Below the pieces are notes generated by a model. It ran no database searches and was not told where the DNA came from. It saw only the letters and a list, made by a program, of their open reading frames with translations. Source: Amphiscolops sp. MND2022 (Eukaryota). From it: a stretch of DNA of 64,000 bases. The stretch covers positions 18,538,001 through 18,602,000 of the forward strand of contig OZ076415.1 in NCBI GenBank assembly GCA_964187785.1. The letters run 5' to 3'. The translations under genes were made by a program, and so were the position numbers. Position 1 is the stretch's first letter. Every line of letters starts with the position of its first letter. Shown piece by piece: positions 21,375 to 35,459 of the stretch.

Positions 21375-21929
21375 GGGCATCAAATTTTGTGAAATGAAAA
21401 TCATACGTTTTTTCTCGTTCATTTCCAGGTTTGGGTTGATGACATTAACTTTGTTGTTGCTTTTTTTGGGGAGGGGTACTTGTTACAGAGCCACAAAAAG
21501 AGTCTAGCCCCTTATATACGCTTGAACGCTTTTTTGGAAATGATGAAAAACACTCACTGAAATTACTTGAAAAATGACTAAAAATTTTGGACTTTTTCGA
21601 TTTTCTCAAATACTCTTTACGGTTTGAAAGAACCCGTATGGAGTCTTTCTACAAGATAAAAGGGCTTAATATGTGCAATTTCATCAAAATCTTATGACTG
21701 GGATTCGAGCGAGTCACAAGGAATTAGACCCAAGCCGACTCCTTTACCGCACATTCGGCTCTGGTTCGCATTGTTTTTTTGTACCAAACCTTTATGCTTT
21801 CTACGTGTATTGTAGTCATTTGTGTCATTCATTTTCTTGAAAATCAAAACATGTCAAAGTCCTTTAAGCTGTTTTCATACTTCGTGTGAAACTTTGATAT
21901 CAATTTTGTAAATGTTGAAAACAATTTTA

Positions 21930-22600
21930 TCAGCGTATATTAAATTGATTTCAGGGTTATTCTTTGGACTGTGTCAATTGTTCCAATAACGATTATTGTT
22001 TGGGTTTGGCCAATGTTCCAATAACAATTTTGCGAAACATTAGGACGATCTGTGAAACATTAGGAGCCAATTCTGAGGTAACATACATCAGACCAGAGAA
22101 CTTGTTCAACTTTTTGTTAGGAATGAAACAAGATCTTTGTTCCAGTTTGAAGTTCAAAGTTTTGTCCTAGGTTTTACATGAACTCGATTCAGTAGTTTTA
22201 TTAGAAAAAATAGATTTTGACAACGGTTTCGTATTGCCGAATGTCAAGACTTCACACTTTTCCTCATTTTGTGTTAAGTTGTTTCTGTTAGACCAAACTT
22301 TAATACGCTGGATGTAGCTGATAATACCTTGCGATGGTTTTCCTTCTAAATGTTAACCGGAGTTGTCATCTGCAAAAAGTGTTATTTCAGAATGTTCCGT
22401 TTGTTTGGGTTGATCAATAAAAAGTAAGGGTCCGAAAATCGACCCCTGTGGTACCCCTGTTTTTATGTTTCTTTTTTCCGATGTTTGTCTCTGCTTAGCC
22501 ACATAATGCTCTTGGTTGTTCAGATAGTCTGCAAAAGGTTTTAAATCTGGAAAGAAAAGATGTGCCATTTACACTCTCGAATTGGAGCTTTGTCAAAAAT
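21930..22600 (-). pseudogene. Non-LTR (LINE, CR1/L2-like) reverse transcriptase fragment
   Basis: GVPQGSIFGPLLF and LFADD motifs, then KKLNKFSGL thumb-like sequence; broken frames. Confidence 0.8.
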
Positions 22601-22840
22601 CATTGAATAAATGATCCTAGATACTAGCGCCATGACAACTGAAAGACATCACGGAAACAATGGGGAAACAATAGCGAATTAAAAAAACAGACAAACAGGA
22701 GAAAGCCAGGATTTAGGATACAAAACAAACAAAAAGTATCTACTCTGAAATCCCTAAAAAATTCTAATTTATTTCTTTCTTAGCTAATTTTGAAAGTTTC
22801 AACTGATGCCTTGAAGTTACACTAAGTTTTAGATCACAGA

Positions 22841-24352
22841 TGTCGCAGGCTTATAGTTGCTCTGGTCCAGTTATGCAAGTGTAAAAAGAGAACGACAGAT
22901 GCAGCCCCGAGAAGCAGACTTGTTTTAATAGGCCTCTATAAACTGCAAAACCCAACTAACTTTTGGTGTTTCATTGTCTGTTTTGATTAAAATGTCGAGT
23001 CAAGTAAACATTTGTATTATATATTTTTTGAAGTGTAAAAGAAAATTATGAACTGAGATACATTTCATTAAGTGCTTTCTTGACGCTTTCCTTGGTCACA
23101 ACTCCAACTGATGCGTCATTTTGCCAAACTTAGATTGTTTTCATGAATGGAACTTGATGAATACTTGAATAAGTGATTTTTTAACCATTAGTCATGCGTC
23201 ACAATGCAGAAAACATAGTGACGTATGTACTTCATTGTGTTGTTTTTAAATATTAATTATGTGGTACAATGCGCAAAATTCCGCACGCATATACAGCAAC
23301 ATGCGGAATTTTGTTACCGCATATGCGGCATTATGCGGTAATTCATCATTTCTCCCATACAGTGCTCTGGCCTTTTTATACGTCACTATGCGGAAAAATA
23401 AAGACGTACATACGTCAATCTGCGGATTTCCATGGTTCTCACTATGTTTGTGCGATACCTAAACTAACTTTCATGCAACGTAAATATTAGAGTAATAAAC
23501 AAAATTAGGGCACATGACGCAATTGTTTTTGTATTTTTGGGAATCATGACACTTATGAAAACAGGTGGAATCCCGGATATTTTTCCTTGATGCATAAAAG
23601 TGCAGGTACTAATCATTCTTTGGAATAACCTTCGTGGGAAGCAGTCGCTCATAACCACAACTCGATCGTTGTAAAAGCAGATTTCTCAATCAACTGTTGT
23701 TCTACTCTTCAATTTGTTCTGTCGAAGACTCTTGAACAAATTCAAAAGCTTCCCCAGCAATCTCAACACATTTTTCACTTGAGAAAGATGGGAGATAGGA
23801 AAAACAGGAGGTCTAGGAGGTTGGAAACACCATCTCCTGACAGAGGTTTGAGCGAACTACAAGTAGAGTCGCCAAACCAAGTGATGAAACTTTGACGAAT
23901 GCTAAAACCGTTGTTCAGGAATCTTCAGGTGGAGACGATGTAAGGCCTCAGTTAGTAGACCTAGTCAAATCAGTAATGAGATCCAGACATGGATTGAAAA
24001 TTTGGAACAAACGAACAACGACATAATAATGAAAATGAGGGAAAAGATGGAAAACAAGTTTGAAGCAATTTTGAAAGAACTAAGAACAAATAAAAGTGCA
24101 TCAACAATAACAAATCCCAGATCCGAAATAAACGGAATTCGGCACTCTCAACCTTCGGGATCCAAAATGATAGTTCTACTGAAGTTCACCCATATAACGT
24201 AGAAAATTCAGATACAAAAGATGAAGATAACCCTCTTAGGGTTTCTGATATGAAAGAATTAAGGAATCCTGCTAGACCATTTTACCAAAACATACCAAAC
24301 TTAGACGGAACAATAATATCCAATGAGGACTCTGGGGAGGAGGATTATCACA
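22841..24352 (+). mobile_element. Solo LTR of the same Gypsy clade, carrying a decayed Gag N-terminus
   Basis: Starts TGTCGCAGGC and ends TATCACA; flanks ACAGA and ACAGC (4/5 TSD); 1512 bp. Gag-N-like peptide from ATG 23788 (MGDRKNRRSRRLETPSP...EEDYH) stops exactly at the CA. Confidence 0.75.
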
Positions 24353-26699
24353 ACAGCCAATGGTAGTAACCTCACAATAAAAAACAACGAATTTGAAAAC
24401 GGCTTTTTTGAAAATTTTTGGCATTAAAAATTAGTATAAATTTCAATGCAGAACCGTTACTATGAATAATTATAAACACGAAAATGCAAGTACTTCTAGT
24501 TCGTGTTGACCATCAGAATACAGATGTCAAAACAGACTCTAATACTGTGCATGCATTTAAAGTTTTTATAAATATATATCATAGAAAAACCAAAAAATCA
24601 TTGAAAATTGGTATATATCCTTTGTTTAGAAAATACCCATCGCGAAAACCTTTTGAATTCTTGACAAAATTTCAGCGAGAATCTATGCCGGAGGAAAGTA
24701 AGTCTCGGCAAATCTTTCGGTTGAGAAAGATATCAAATAAAAAGAAAGAAGAAACTGAATGAACAAAATACGTCACCATTACCTAGTATATTACAATGCA
24801 AAGAAAAATGATGTAGCTGTAAGTGCTAACAATACCGAAGGTTTTGTAGCTATCTAAAATTTTTTAAAAGATGCTTTTGTGAAGATCCACTCAAGTTATG
24901 CAAGATTTTGGTAAAGGTTGTGATAATTTTTAGACAGTCGACGTTTTGACTGAGCTTTCTCCATAATTAGGAGTAGTAGTTGTTGATACCCTGTAATCTC
25001 GAGAATATCTTCGGCTGCAGCAAGTGATCGCTCCATTTCACCTCAGCAGTCTCCACTGAGGAAAACCATTTCCAGCACAACCTCCGCCCTCTTCACAGAC
25101 TCTGGCTCCATCTCCATTCCCTTCGCATACACCAGTTCGGGTTGGCAAGTGAAATAGAGCTTCTGTCAAAGTATTCGAAGCCAAGTGACAATGCGTGGGC
25201 AGCAGGAGTAGGGGTTTCGAGTCCCACTCTAAACCAAAACTATTATATTTGCAACGGTAGAGAAAAACCCATAGCGTCCATCTTGTAGTTTTTTCGGCAC
25301 TATGAGACTATTTTGTGATAATTCTAGCGAAGAAAAAGTTTTTATTTGTACCCTGAAAGTTCCCTTAGAAAGTTTCTGCTGTAACAGTATACGAAAAAAA
25401 AATCGAAGTGCCACTGCAGCTCTTGTCTATTGTACAAGTTAGAGCGATGAAAACGTTCTGTTCTGAGTTGTAACCATTTAGGTTTCAAAAACGCTTCTTC
25501 CAAACTGGAAACATCAAAAAATTCGGAAAATCATTAGGAGGGAATGAATAATTGGATCACTACAGCAATGAAAAAGATATAAATTCACTGTAATAATGAA
25601 TACAATCCAATACACCCGTGGTGGGGAAAACATCAAAATTTCAATTTCTATTTATTTTGTTTTCACTTAGACCTGGTTTTTGAACTTATGACAACAATTG
25701 CATTGCCAATGCGATATTTTCTGTACACTGTTACACCAGAACCTTACCAAGGCAAGACGTTTTTGAATTTGAAAAAGACTTCTAAACTAATATATCATAA
25801 AAACCCACATATAATTTTTACCTGAAAAATCATCTCAAAACGTCAAAAACATCAAAACAACAGGCGGCATGAACTTATTAAATATTGAGAAGCCCATCAG
25901 TTACACAGAACATGAACAAAAACATTCCCTTGTTTCTCCGAAATAAGTCTCTCTACAAAAAACCTCGAAAAACCAAGAAAAGGATTGAAGAGAAAATTTT
26001 TCAAAAAATAGTTTTCCGAAAGTCTCACAGTGCCGAAATTTTTGATTTATTGCGGGAATTGAACCCACGTACTCCTGTTTCACTTGACCATGTCGCAAGA
26101 AAAGACTTCAACCTCTTTCTAGCGATTCTGAAATTTATTGGCAAAAAGTGGGGAGGAAAAGCTTGAAAAGAATCCCTACGCTGATACCAAGGTTTTTCGT
26201 TTTATAAGAAAACGAAAAAATCAGTAAGCATTTCATTTCAGATAATAAAAATATATCTTTAGCTTCATAAGAACAAATAACTGGTGCTGGAATTAAACGC
26301 ATCGCAACATGCGCTAACTCAAAATGTGGCTGTTTTCATGCATTTGGTAATTTAGTCATGTTTACCCGAGACTTGCATGCTCTTAACTATGTAGGTATGC
26401 ATATTGCAATTTTTTGTATACGGTTCATGAGAAATCACAATTTTAACCACTGTTCTCAGTAAATCATTTGGCGAAGATGTTGAAATGAACCTCTCCAAAG
26501 ATCTCCTGTTGTCAATCTCATGCCATTAATAATTCCATATTGAACCAAAAAAACATTACGAATCTGGAGTTTTTCATCCAAAAATTGATCGCAAAGCTAT
26601 CTTTGCTTTTACGAAAAACAAAATAACGTTTTCCCCATAAAAACTGTCTGAAAATTTCTCAAAGAAGCAGAGATTTCCGAAAAAAACGCACATTGATTT

Positions 26700-27430
26700 T
26701 TTTAATGCTTCATGAATCGATGACAAATCTGACATAACTAAAGCTGGCAAGTTCAGGTGAAAACAAACATTGATTACGACTTTTATAAAGCTTGTCCACA
26801 AACGGAAGATGTTTTCTCAGTACTTCAATATACAAACTCGCGCTGATATTCTGTTTCTCTTTCACGACCTTGTCGCATACATCTTTCGGACAATTGACCT
26901 TCAAAAACCACGACTTTAGGACAGACCTTTTGCTTCAGACGTATTTGAAATCTGGGGGAGTCTGTTAGCAATTAGATAGATAAAACCAATCATTGTCTTG
27001 TACATTGTCACTGTGCAATGTGAAGTTAGATTCATCTTCCATGATACATTGAACGTGAGTCATCACCTTGAAGCACATCGACTATGTTGTTCCCTTCACT
27101 GCTTGTCTGTCACCAATGGAACCTTCATTTTCGTACGGTATTTGATATCAAGTTTGCGCAGGGAATATGTTATGTATTGCTGTGTACAGGCGAACTTTGA
27201 TGCGAAACTACTGACTTGTTGTCCGACAAGTTTTTGAGTTCTTGCTTCTTTGAATGAGCTTTTCGCTTCGGAATCACTAGCGTTCTTCTTCAGTTTTATT
27301 CAGGGAAATAACAGTTTCTGCGCTCTTTAAGTCACTGTATTTGGACGTTTTTGGAAGCCACTTCGCGATTCCTTGTTCTCATGGTAAAATTTAAGAACCG
27401 ATCGTACCATTTCTTGCTATTCTTCTGCTA
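26700..27430 (-). pseudogene. Decayed Tc1/mariner-like transposase fragment
   Basis: Broken frames give LRKLDIKYRTKMKVPLV..Q..RC, MEDESNF and NISASLYIEVLRKHLP, typical of DD(D/E) transposases. Confidence 0.5.
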
Positions 27431-28569
27431 GATCCATCACTTCAGTATTAGGAGTCACAGTTAGTGAACAAATGTTCGAGAGAAATAAGTTGGCTACACA
27501 AGCATACTAGAAATAGCAAAACGTGCTAACAACTTTCTCAATAAATGAGCTTTCAAATCAATGTTATAATTTGTGTGTCACCCATTAACCATCTCATACG
27601 CTTTTACGAAGAGTAATCAATAATTTTTCGATGAAAAATGAATCAAAGTGAATTGAAAAGAAGTAATTTCCGAAAATGACCTTTTTTATCCAAGTTAGCA
27701 TTTCTCAAAATTTTCCTCATTTTAGATTCACAAGATTCACAAGTTAAGGTGACAAACAAATCCACAACTCCGAGCGTTCAGAAAAATTGGATTTTCCCCA
27801 AGAATTTTTTGTCAAACATGTAACGACCATCGGTTGTTTCAATCTTTTTCATTGGAAATACCTTTTCCGGGAACATTTTCTGGTCCGGCACTTTTTTAAA
27901 CTCTCTGACAGTAATGATAACTTGTTCTTGTGGACTTTGATCTCGTGCAGAAAACAAGGCTCCGAAAGAAACGTTTTTCAGAAAAAGATGGAGCGAAAAA
28001 AGAAAGGGTGAGACCATAATCGTTTTTCTATGAAAAAATGTAAATGAAGTTCATACCCTTGTTGGAACTGTTTGAACTTTTTGCTTGAAGTTTTTGTAGG
28101 TTACAACGCTAAATTTTGATGAATTTATAAAGTTCTCAAGGAAACGTCCATGCTTTAAAATTTTCACTGATTCAATTTAAACTTATCAAGCTGTCAATAC
28201 AATGCATACTAAATTTGGCAGCAATTCCGAGCTGCGAAGTTTTGCAGGTTTCTTCAAGACGCATTTCTAATTTTGGAAGCAGCTGAGACCTTCATTGATT
28301 TTACCGCGATTTCAATGCAAAAAAACTTCAGTCATATCATAGGTTTTAAAATAGCGTCACATTCAGCGTGCTATTTGACTAACGGTGATTACATAAACTT
28401 ACGCGTGAAATGAAAGTTGCGGCGACGAAGGAGTGGAAATGTTTTCAGTTTCAATTCAAATAGTGAAAGCTGCATTGTAATCCTTCAAGACAATTTTATG
28501 TATGCTCCCTAAATTTTTCATGTTTTGTTTCAAAAATCAAATTTTGATAGACTATTTCTGTAAAACCGA

Positions 28570-29200
28570 TCTCACAAATATTTGGGGATACACTTAGACA
28601 GTTGTTTCAGGTTTAAAGAGCATATTGATTACGTTGTCAAAAAGCTGAACAAAATCTGTGGACTGATAACCCGATTGCGACATGTCTTCTGATGTATTAC
28701 GATTCCTTTGCTAAGTCGGTCATTTGCTATGGTCTACTTGCTTATGGGTCAGCTGCAAAAACTAATTTTGAAAAAGTTGAAAGCGCACAAGGGAGAATTT
28801 TGAGGGCAATTTTTTTTGAACGAAACATGGTACACTAAAGGACGAATTAGAGCAAAACAAAACTTTGACTGTTTTTGAAATTTACTTGAAGCGAGAGAAA
28901 GAACTATTCAAACAACATCGTCTGGAAGCACACATCCGGTATTTTTGAAAATTGAACAATCCTACGAGTAAGTTCACAACTAGGTGAAACAATTGGAAGG
29001 TCTCTTTTCTTTAACCTGCAACAGAAATGTCGCGGAACGAAAATCATTGAACACTTTACGGAAAACCTACAGTTGGTTGACGTGGATGGAGTTAATACCT
29101 TCAAAATTTGATAAGATGAACCCAGGGCAAATAAAGTCATATAGATACAAAAAATTTCTGCTTCATATATTAGAGATAAAAAACACCTTTTTCAATATTT
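28570..29200 (+). pseudogene. Non-LTR RT C-terminal (thumb) fragment
   Basis: KYLGIHLD..FRFKEHIDYVVKKLNK...YGLLAYG...QGRILRAIFF across frameshifts. Confidence 0.7.
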
Positions 29201-29657
29201 TTTTTTGGAAATCTCTGCGTTAGATACAACTAACTTCAAAAGAGAAATAAACATGTGCCATGTTTGTTTCTCGGGGGCGAGGACTCGAAGAACATTAGTG
29301 CTCCTTCCTCGTCCTTTGTGGATGTGATCATTTTCAATAAAGTTGAGGTTTTATAGTACTTTTATATTACATAGGTTTATGTATATACATTATAAAACCG
29401 ATTTTGTTTCTTTATAACATCCAAATAAATCAACTCTACTTTACTTTGCTTTAAAATTAGACTGCATGATTCCATGCAGCATGAAAAAGTTCAAGCAACC
29501 TCGACTAGTGTAAAAATTCTACAGAGACAGATTCGTTTATGCTTAAATTTGACGAATTTTTTGTAATTTCGTTTCCAAAACGAAAGCCTTGAAGCTCCAA
29601 ACTTCGTAGACGCTGTCAAGAAATTGGACTTCTTGATTAAACTTTATTTTTCCACAG

Positions 29658-30458
29658 GGTTATCTGAAGAGCCAACAAGCCCGGGATTTCGATATTCCAG
29701 TAACTCAAACGCTGGTGGCGCTCGTCCACCTGCTGCATTCAGATTTGCTAACGGGGAGAGTTCTCCAAGTAAGGCCACTACCGGGAGGTTTCCGGGTGGG
29801 AACCAGCTAAACATGAGCAGGAACCGGTTTTGCTCTTCACACAATTCTTCGATGAACGGAAGTGGAAACTTCAGCAATCCAATACAGCAAGGGATAATCG
29901 AAAACATTAGCTCCTTAGGAGAGTTTGATCTCTAGAGTTATCTCTTGTCTTTGCTATATTTATTTCGAACACGATTCCAGTTAAAACTTACTCTCGCCTA
30001 ATTGGTCAAAAATTGTAAAATGTTCTTTCCGGAAACGGCGTGAACCAAACGCCCGAATTCCAAAGAAAAACTAACAATGAGCTACAAGACTCTTTGTTTC
30101 TGAAAGCTTCTGAAGCTTTCATTTGTTAAAATTAAACTTTTCGTTTTTTTTTTCATGTTACTAAAAATAATTAAAGCCCAATCGATGGATCCCGTTTTCA
30201 GCATCTCCGATTGCAATTTTGATACCGGTCAACCGGTCCTGGGCAAATCCGAACACCACGGTCTTTTCCGACCTTTCTGAAACCTCTTCAGGCTCGTATC
30301 CAGGCGCAGTTAGTAAGATATCCATTGGGCAACCTTTGATGAGCAGCTCCCCTCAACGTCGCATTGGCGTGGCGCAACTGGGTCCTCTGGATAGTCAGGC
30401 CGGGGTATCATCTTGGCTACGGAAAAGCGTGGCTCCCAAATTTTACCAACAGATGCAG
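29658..30458 (+). CDS. Possible pair of host-gene exons (29658-29768, 30202-30458), Ser/Pro-rich
   Basis: Acceptor TTTTTCCACAG, donor GTAAGG at 29769, acceptor GTTTTCAG ending at 30201, donor GTACAG at 30459. The phase-1 join reads ESSPTSPIAIL in frame. Confidence 0.35.
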
Positions 30459-31459
30459 GTACAGTCGATGGAGCGCAGACCCTCACAGTAAAGACAGGAA
30501 CAACAACGTTTGAAGTGGGAAAAACTTCTGGAAGACACAAACATGTCAATAACAAACATGTGGAAAATGAGCACTTCCTTGCAGAATCATGACATTGGAA
30601 ACTAGTGCTTTTCAGTTCAGTGTCATTTGGGACCGGTCATGGAATCACTTTGTCAATGAATAACCCATGGGTACGCATTGCAATTCACATTTCAGTACCC
30701 GGGAGCAAAACGTTTGTAAAACAAACTAAGTTTCCAATATAAAATTCACATTCTATTTTGAGTGTTTTATTTTTCATTTACATACTCAATTTATACTTTA
30801 AAGACAAAACAAATTTATTTTCTTTTACGCTACGAGGTGGCCAATTTTCAAATTTGTGTATATTAAAATTTTACACTGAAGTCTCACCTGCAAGGCATCA
30901 TGACACGGAGGATCCCGTGTCGTTAAAAGAAACAGAAAGAAGCGGGTTCGAAATCTCTCATTTTCTGAAATAACGCATATAAGCTAAAACACTATTTCGG
31001 AAACAACGTATACGGTTGTGTGGTAACGTTCTTCGGGGTACTCAACTACCAGAACGATTTAGTCCAAGTTAAGTTAGTTTGGAATGTTGGTTTTGCAGAT
31101 TGCCTTAGTTCTCTCATTTCCGAAGCCCTATGTTTTTAATAGCTGGAGAACGCCTTGAATCTTCAAAATTGAACACGGCAAAACAAAAAGAAGAAAAAGT
31201 TTTTTCTTCATATACTTTTCCTCCTATTTTGTAAGTTTTAAGAATAAATAGTTTCAATCAACTCTGACATGGAAGTACCTGCCCATATAAACATCCTAGA
31301 CACTACATTCCTTATATTAGTGCTTTGTGTTCGATACAGTATGATTCTTACATATACCATACTGAGTTTTGTTGATAGTGCATTCGTTTGATTTTACAAT
31401 CGAAGATCATTTTACCTCCTTTTTATCAGTCTATCACATGGCGCAGTCAGCATGAAGAA

Positions 31460-32130
31460 CGAGAAAATATGGATACTAAAAACACACCCGACAAGACCGC
31501 ACCGAATCAAACCACGATTATAGAAAGGATAGAGAAAAACAAATACAAAATGCAGATTCTTGCGGATAGAGAAACAGATCTGACAAAACAAACCCGAAAA
31601 TATGGTGAGAACAAATCTCAGAACACATTGACCTCGCATACCGAAAAACCTAGAAGAACTGATGGATCCATGAACAGATTCTCTGGGTGCACAGATAACT
31701 CATCAAAGCAAAGGCGATGTCATTTGGGCCTAGGTCCAAAGGCAAAACATTAGATAATGAGAGATCAATGATGCAGAGAACTAAAAGGCATCAGCCTACA
31801 AGAACTACAAAGATTGTTCGAGAAGACATTTTTACCAACGAGAAATGAACTCCGCAGCAGAGCCCAATTCTTCAAAATCGAAAAAGAAGACAACGAGACA
31901 CTTGATGAATATTGGAAAAAAACTGTTGAAGTCGAAAGAAAGTGCGAATTGAACAGAATTATTACGAAAAAATAATCACTTATAAAGTAGCAGCCACGTT
32001 GAACGACACGAAAGCACGGGACTGGTTCATCAAAGGACCATTTATATTACCTTTGGTATTGGAAACTATCGAATTGGACAACTAAAACAGTAAGTACAGG
32101 GATAAAAATTCCAAGAAGAGATAACAAACT
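31460..32130 (+). pseudogene. Decayed Gag fragment of another Gypsy family, cut by the assembly gap
   Basis: Broken frames give LGPKAKH, FEKTFLPTRN..SRAQFF..E.ETLDEYWK and LVLETIELDN, a retrotransposon-gag-like pattern. Confidence 0.55.
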
Positions 32131-32330
32131 NNNNNNNNNNNNNNNNNNNNNNNNNNNNNNNNNNNNNNNNNNNNNNNNNNNNNNNNNNNNNNNNNNNNNN
32201 NNNNNNNNNNNNNNNNNNNNNNNNNNNNNNNNNNNNNNNNNNNNNNNNNNNNNNNNNNNNNNNNNNNNNNNNNNNNNNNNNNNNNNNNNNNNNNNNNNNN
32301 NNNNNNNNNNNNNNNNNNNNNNNNNNNNNN
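32131..32330. other. Assembly gap (200 N)
   Basis: Run of N. Confidence 1.
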
Positions 32331-32399
32331 ATATGTATATGAACTTTAAGTGTAATACTAAAGTTATTGCGTATGTAAATACACCATAGGGTGGGTCTG

Positions 32400-33100
32400 G
32401 TATGTTTGTCAGGTGGTCCCTGATTGTATTTTTATCCATGAAAGATATCACCAACAAGCAAAGAATGATATTTCTGGTATGGCAGTCTTCAGCAGATCAG
32501 TATAGTTGGCACTCGTGCATCTTTTTGGGGTCTTCAACAATTCTCGAGACCCATTGCCACTTATGCAGCCCGCAAACATCATCGAAAATAGCGACGTTGT
32601 CTTCTCGATTGTGTTTTCTGGCTTGTACCGAGTACCAGTGGTCCTCAAGATAAAGACTCGTTCATCACTCTTCAATTAAATCTTGCATTCGTCGCTAAAA
32701 ACATTGCATTTCCACTCCTCCAGTGTCCTATTACGTCTCTGTTTTGCCCAGAGCAGTCGATTAACACGGTTTCTGCTCTCATTTGAAGCTTCTTCGCAGC
32801 GGCACGGCCTACAAGGTCCAATTTGTGCAAATTCCGTCGAATTGTCTTTGTAGATAGTTTTTATGCTGAAACTGTTGAATAAATAGTTTTTCTGCTGATG
32901 CCTTGTTTTTCTTTTTAACAATTCTCCGCAGCCAATTTTGTTTTTTTTTCTGTGTCAATTTCGGAGGTCTACCACTCCTTTTTGCGTCGTCTACACTGCC
33001 ATTTTTCAGGTAGTTTTTATAGATTGTTTGAGCCGTTGATTTGTTTGAAAACCGCATCTTCTCTCGAATTTTCAACCACGAAAGGCCCAAATCTCGAGGA
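32400..33100 (-). pseudogene. Tc1-like transposase fragment
   Basis: KRSGRPPKL (HTH linker), RLLWAK...W..VFSDE (first catalytic Asp) and MMFAGCIS in three broken frames. Confidence 0.8.
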
Positions 33101-33293
33101 ATAATTTTAAGCGTAATAATGTTTTAGCAGTGAACGGAAGTAAGTTTTTTCACGCTTCCTATAAATTTTTTACATTTAACTAGGATGCCGTAATTTTTTG
33201 TTCATGCACTGTACATGTGATAAGTTTCATCGTTTGCAACGTGTGCAAAATCAAAATTTCAGAACATTTGGAATGATGTTAAAATAACGTCAC

Positions 33294-35459
33294 TGTCACA
33301 GCCAGAGTTGCTGTGGAGAAATAAATCAACTGGGAACGCCTGAGGAGAGAAGCGAAGAAAGTGACCAGAAAGAAACAGAAGAATGAGCATAAGAACCTGA
33401 AAGAACCAAACCAACAAACAACAATTAAAATACAAAACACTTAGGTAGTTATTTAACAATATCAATAACTTGATCCCTGTGCAGTACCTAAAATACATGA
33501 ATATGTAAAAACTTAAATATTATTAACTGCAATGAGTGTATTTTGTTTATAGTAAAACGAACGGCGTGCTGATTGAAATTAATCCAACCAGCGCACCGAC
33601 CAGCTTACTGCCACAATAGCAGCGGAGCTAAGCAAATCTATTTTCCTTCTTGTATTATTTCACCAATCAGCGCTTAGCGCAATTTCACTGTGCTAGCTGA
33701 GTGGACTCCACAGGCAGCTCACCAGTCAACCGAAAACTGGGACGCACGCCCAGTCGCTCGATTAAATTACCAATAATGATGCTATAGATGATGAATATTT
33801 TGTACAATTGTAATGTAATCCCAATTTAAAAGAAGTTGAAATATGGGAAAACAAGTACGGCAAGGAAGATATATCCACCTATAACATAATACCGATGCTA
33901 ATAAATTACTTTACTACTGCTAACTTTGAGTCAACCACGCGGGCAACCGATTAATTAAACAATTTTGAGCCTAACTCCCAGCTGTTGAATTTGTTAAATT
34001 ATAGACTAAACACCCTTCAATATCAGTACACGCGACCCTTTATGAACCAAATTGACCCCGTGGATCCTAAAATATGAAGAACAGTGCAGAAATTTGACGC
34101 ATTATGTTATTTATTTAATGTTAAGTGCGGACCACGTTTATTTGAATTTGAGACAACACTCCAGTCTCCCAATTGGCGATTACAAATTATAAACTTTTGT
34201 AAAACCCATAAGACTGTTTAGTTCAAAGATGGGTGTAATTTTCATTCATTGGTGCAATATTATCCTTTCCCTCATGTATTAACCATTTTAGTATACCAAT
34301 ATTTGTTAATCGTTTCATTCGGAGCGACATTTGTTCATGTAATTTGAGTCAACGTTCTGGTGACCGTTCAATCAACCTAAAGTCGACCGTGCTACCAGGG
34401 TTGTGACCAGAAAAATTAATTGTTTGATTCACATAAAATGCTAATTATGAGCAGTATTTATTTAACGTTTATTTGGAAAATGTACATATTCCATGTTTTG
34501 TAACTTTTGCCTTTGAATTGCATTTTGTTTCGATGAAAATGTTGTTTCTTTTCCCGCGTCAGTAGCTAGATTTATGAACTTGCATTGCCAATTCATCCTC
34601 GGCGTCACTAATTTGCGGGAAATGAAGGAGAATGGACGCGGAATTAGGACTTCGGCAGGAAGTTGATTCCCACTTTTTTTAAAGTGGGATGACGCCGAGA
34701 GCCGAAGTCCGAGGAAGCTTACCAAATTCGAAAATTCCTCGCCTCGGAAGAACGCCGGGCTGAACGAGGTGTGAGTTCACACGCGGTATTCATCCCGCGT
34801 GTCTAGCGAAAAGTAATAATACCTGAAGCGGGTTAAGATAAGAGCAGTTGTTATTTTGAATTGATTTAATTTGAAAGTGATCGTTGTAACTTGTTTCCTT
34901 GAACTAATTGTTAAAACCTTTTGGGGATTGACTGAAAAATTTGGACAATCTTAGAATCCCGTATTGTGTTTGTTTGATTCGATATTACTCCAACTAATTG
35001 TTCTTTCGTTTTGCAAAACTTTTCCTGTGAGACTATTCGAATATATTAATCTGAACCTAAATTCATCGGGTAATTCAACTCTCGTCAGTTCCTAATTTCC
35101 TTTTCCTCAATGCCTGAGAAATCCCAGAAGAGAAAGTTAAGGAGAAACCCAGTGGAGGATTCAGACCTAGTGGAGAATTCAAGTATCCCAACCGATGAAA
35201 ATAACTGCATTTCGGAACCTGATTTTGAAGAGATTACTAGCAAAGTGGAAAAAATGTCAAAACGTTTGAGAGATACAGAACAATGTCAAAGAGAAATCCT
35301 CAAGTTGATTGAGAATCTGTCTGCTAAAGTAGATAATTTGACTAACTCATCATCGTTAGATCCTGGTTGCTCTAGCTCCAGGACTGAGACTCACGAAAAT
35401 CTACAACACGTTTTAACTCCAGAATTTGTTGATATTCCTGAACAACGTAAGCTCCATCA
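33294..35459 (+). mobile_element. Probable LTR remnant or solo LTR of a further Gypsy family with Gag-N ORF 35110-35487
   Basis: Starts TGTCACAG; candidate end CA at 35458-35459 with flanks GTCAC and GTCCC (4/5). ORF MPEKSQKRKLRR... resembles the basic-then-coiled-coil Gag N-termini of the other LTRs. Boundaries uncertain. Confidence 0.4.

Noticed and set aside
24985-25160. GC-richer Ser-rich frame as a host exon
   Set aside because: No convincing in-frame acceptor upstream, so it could not be linked to the other candidate exons.
25195-25232. tRNA gene suggested by the GGTTTCGAGTCCCAC T-loop-like motif
   Set aside because: No acceptor stem, D-arm or anticodon arm could be folded; at most a SINE or tRNA relic.
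32047-32457. ORF spanning the N run
   Set aside because: Artefact of the 200-N assembly gap.
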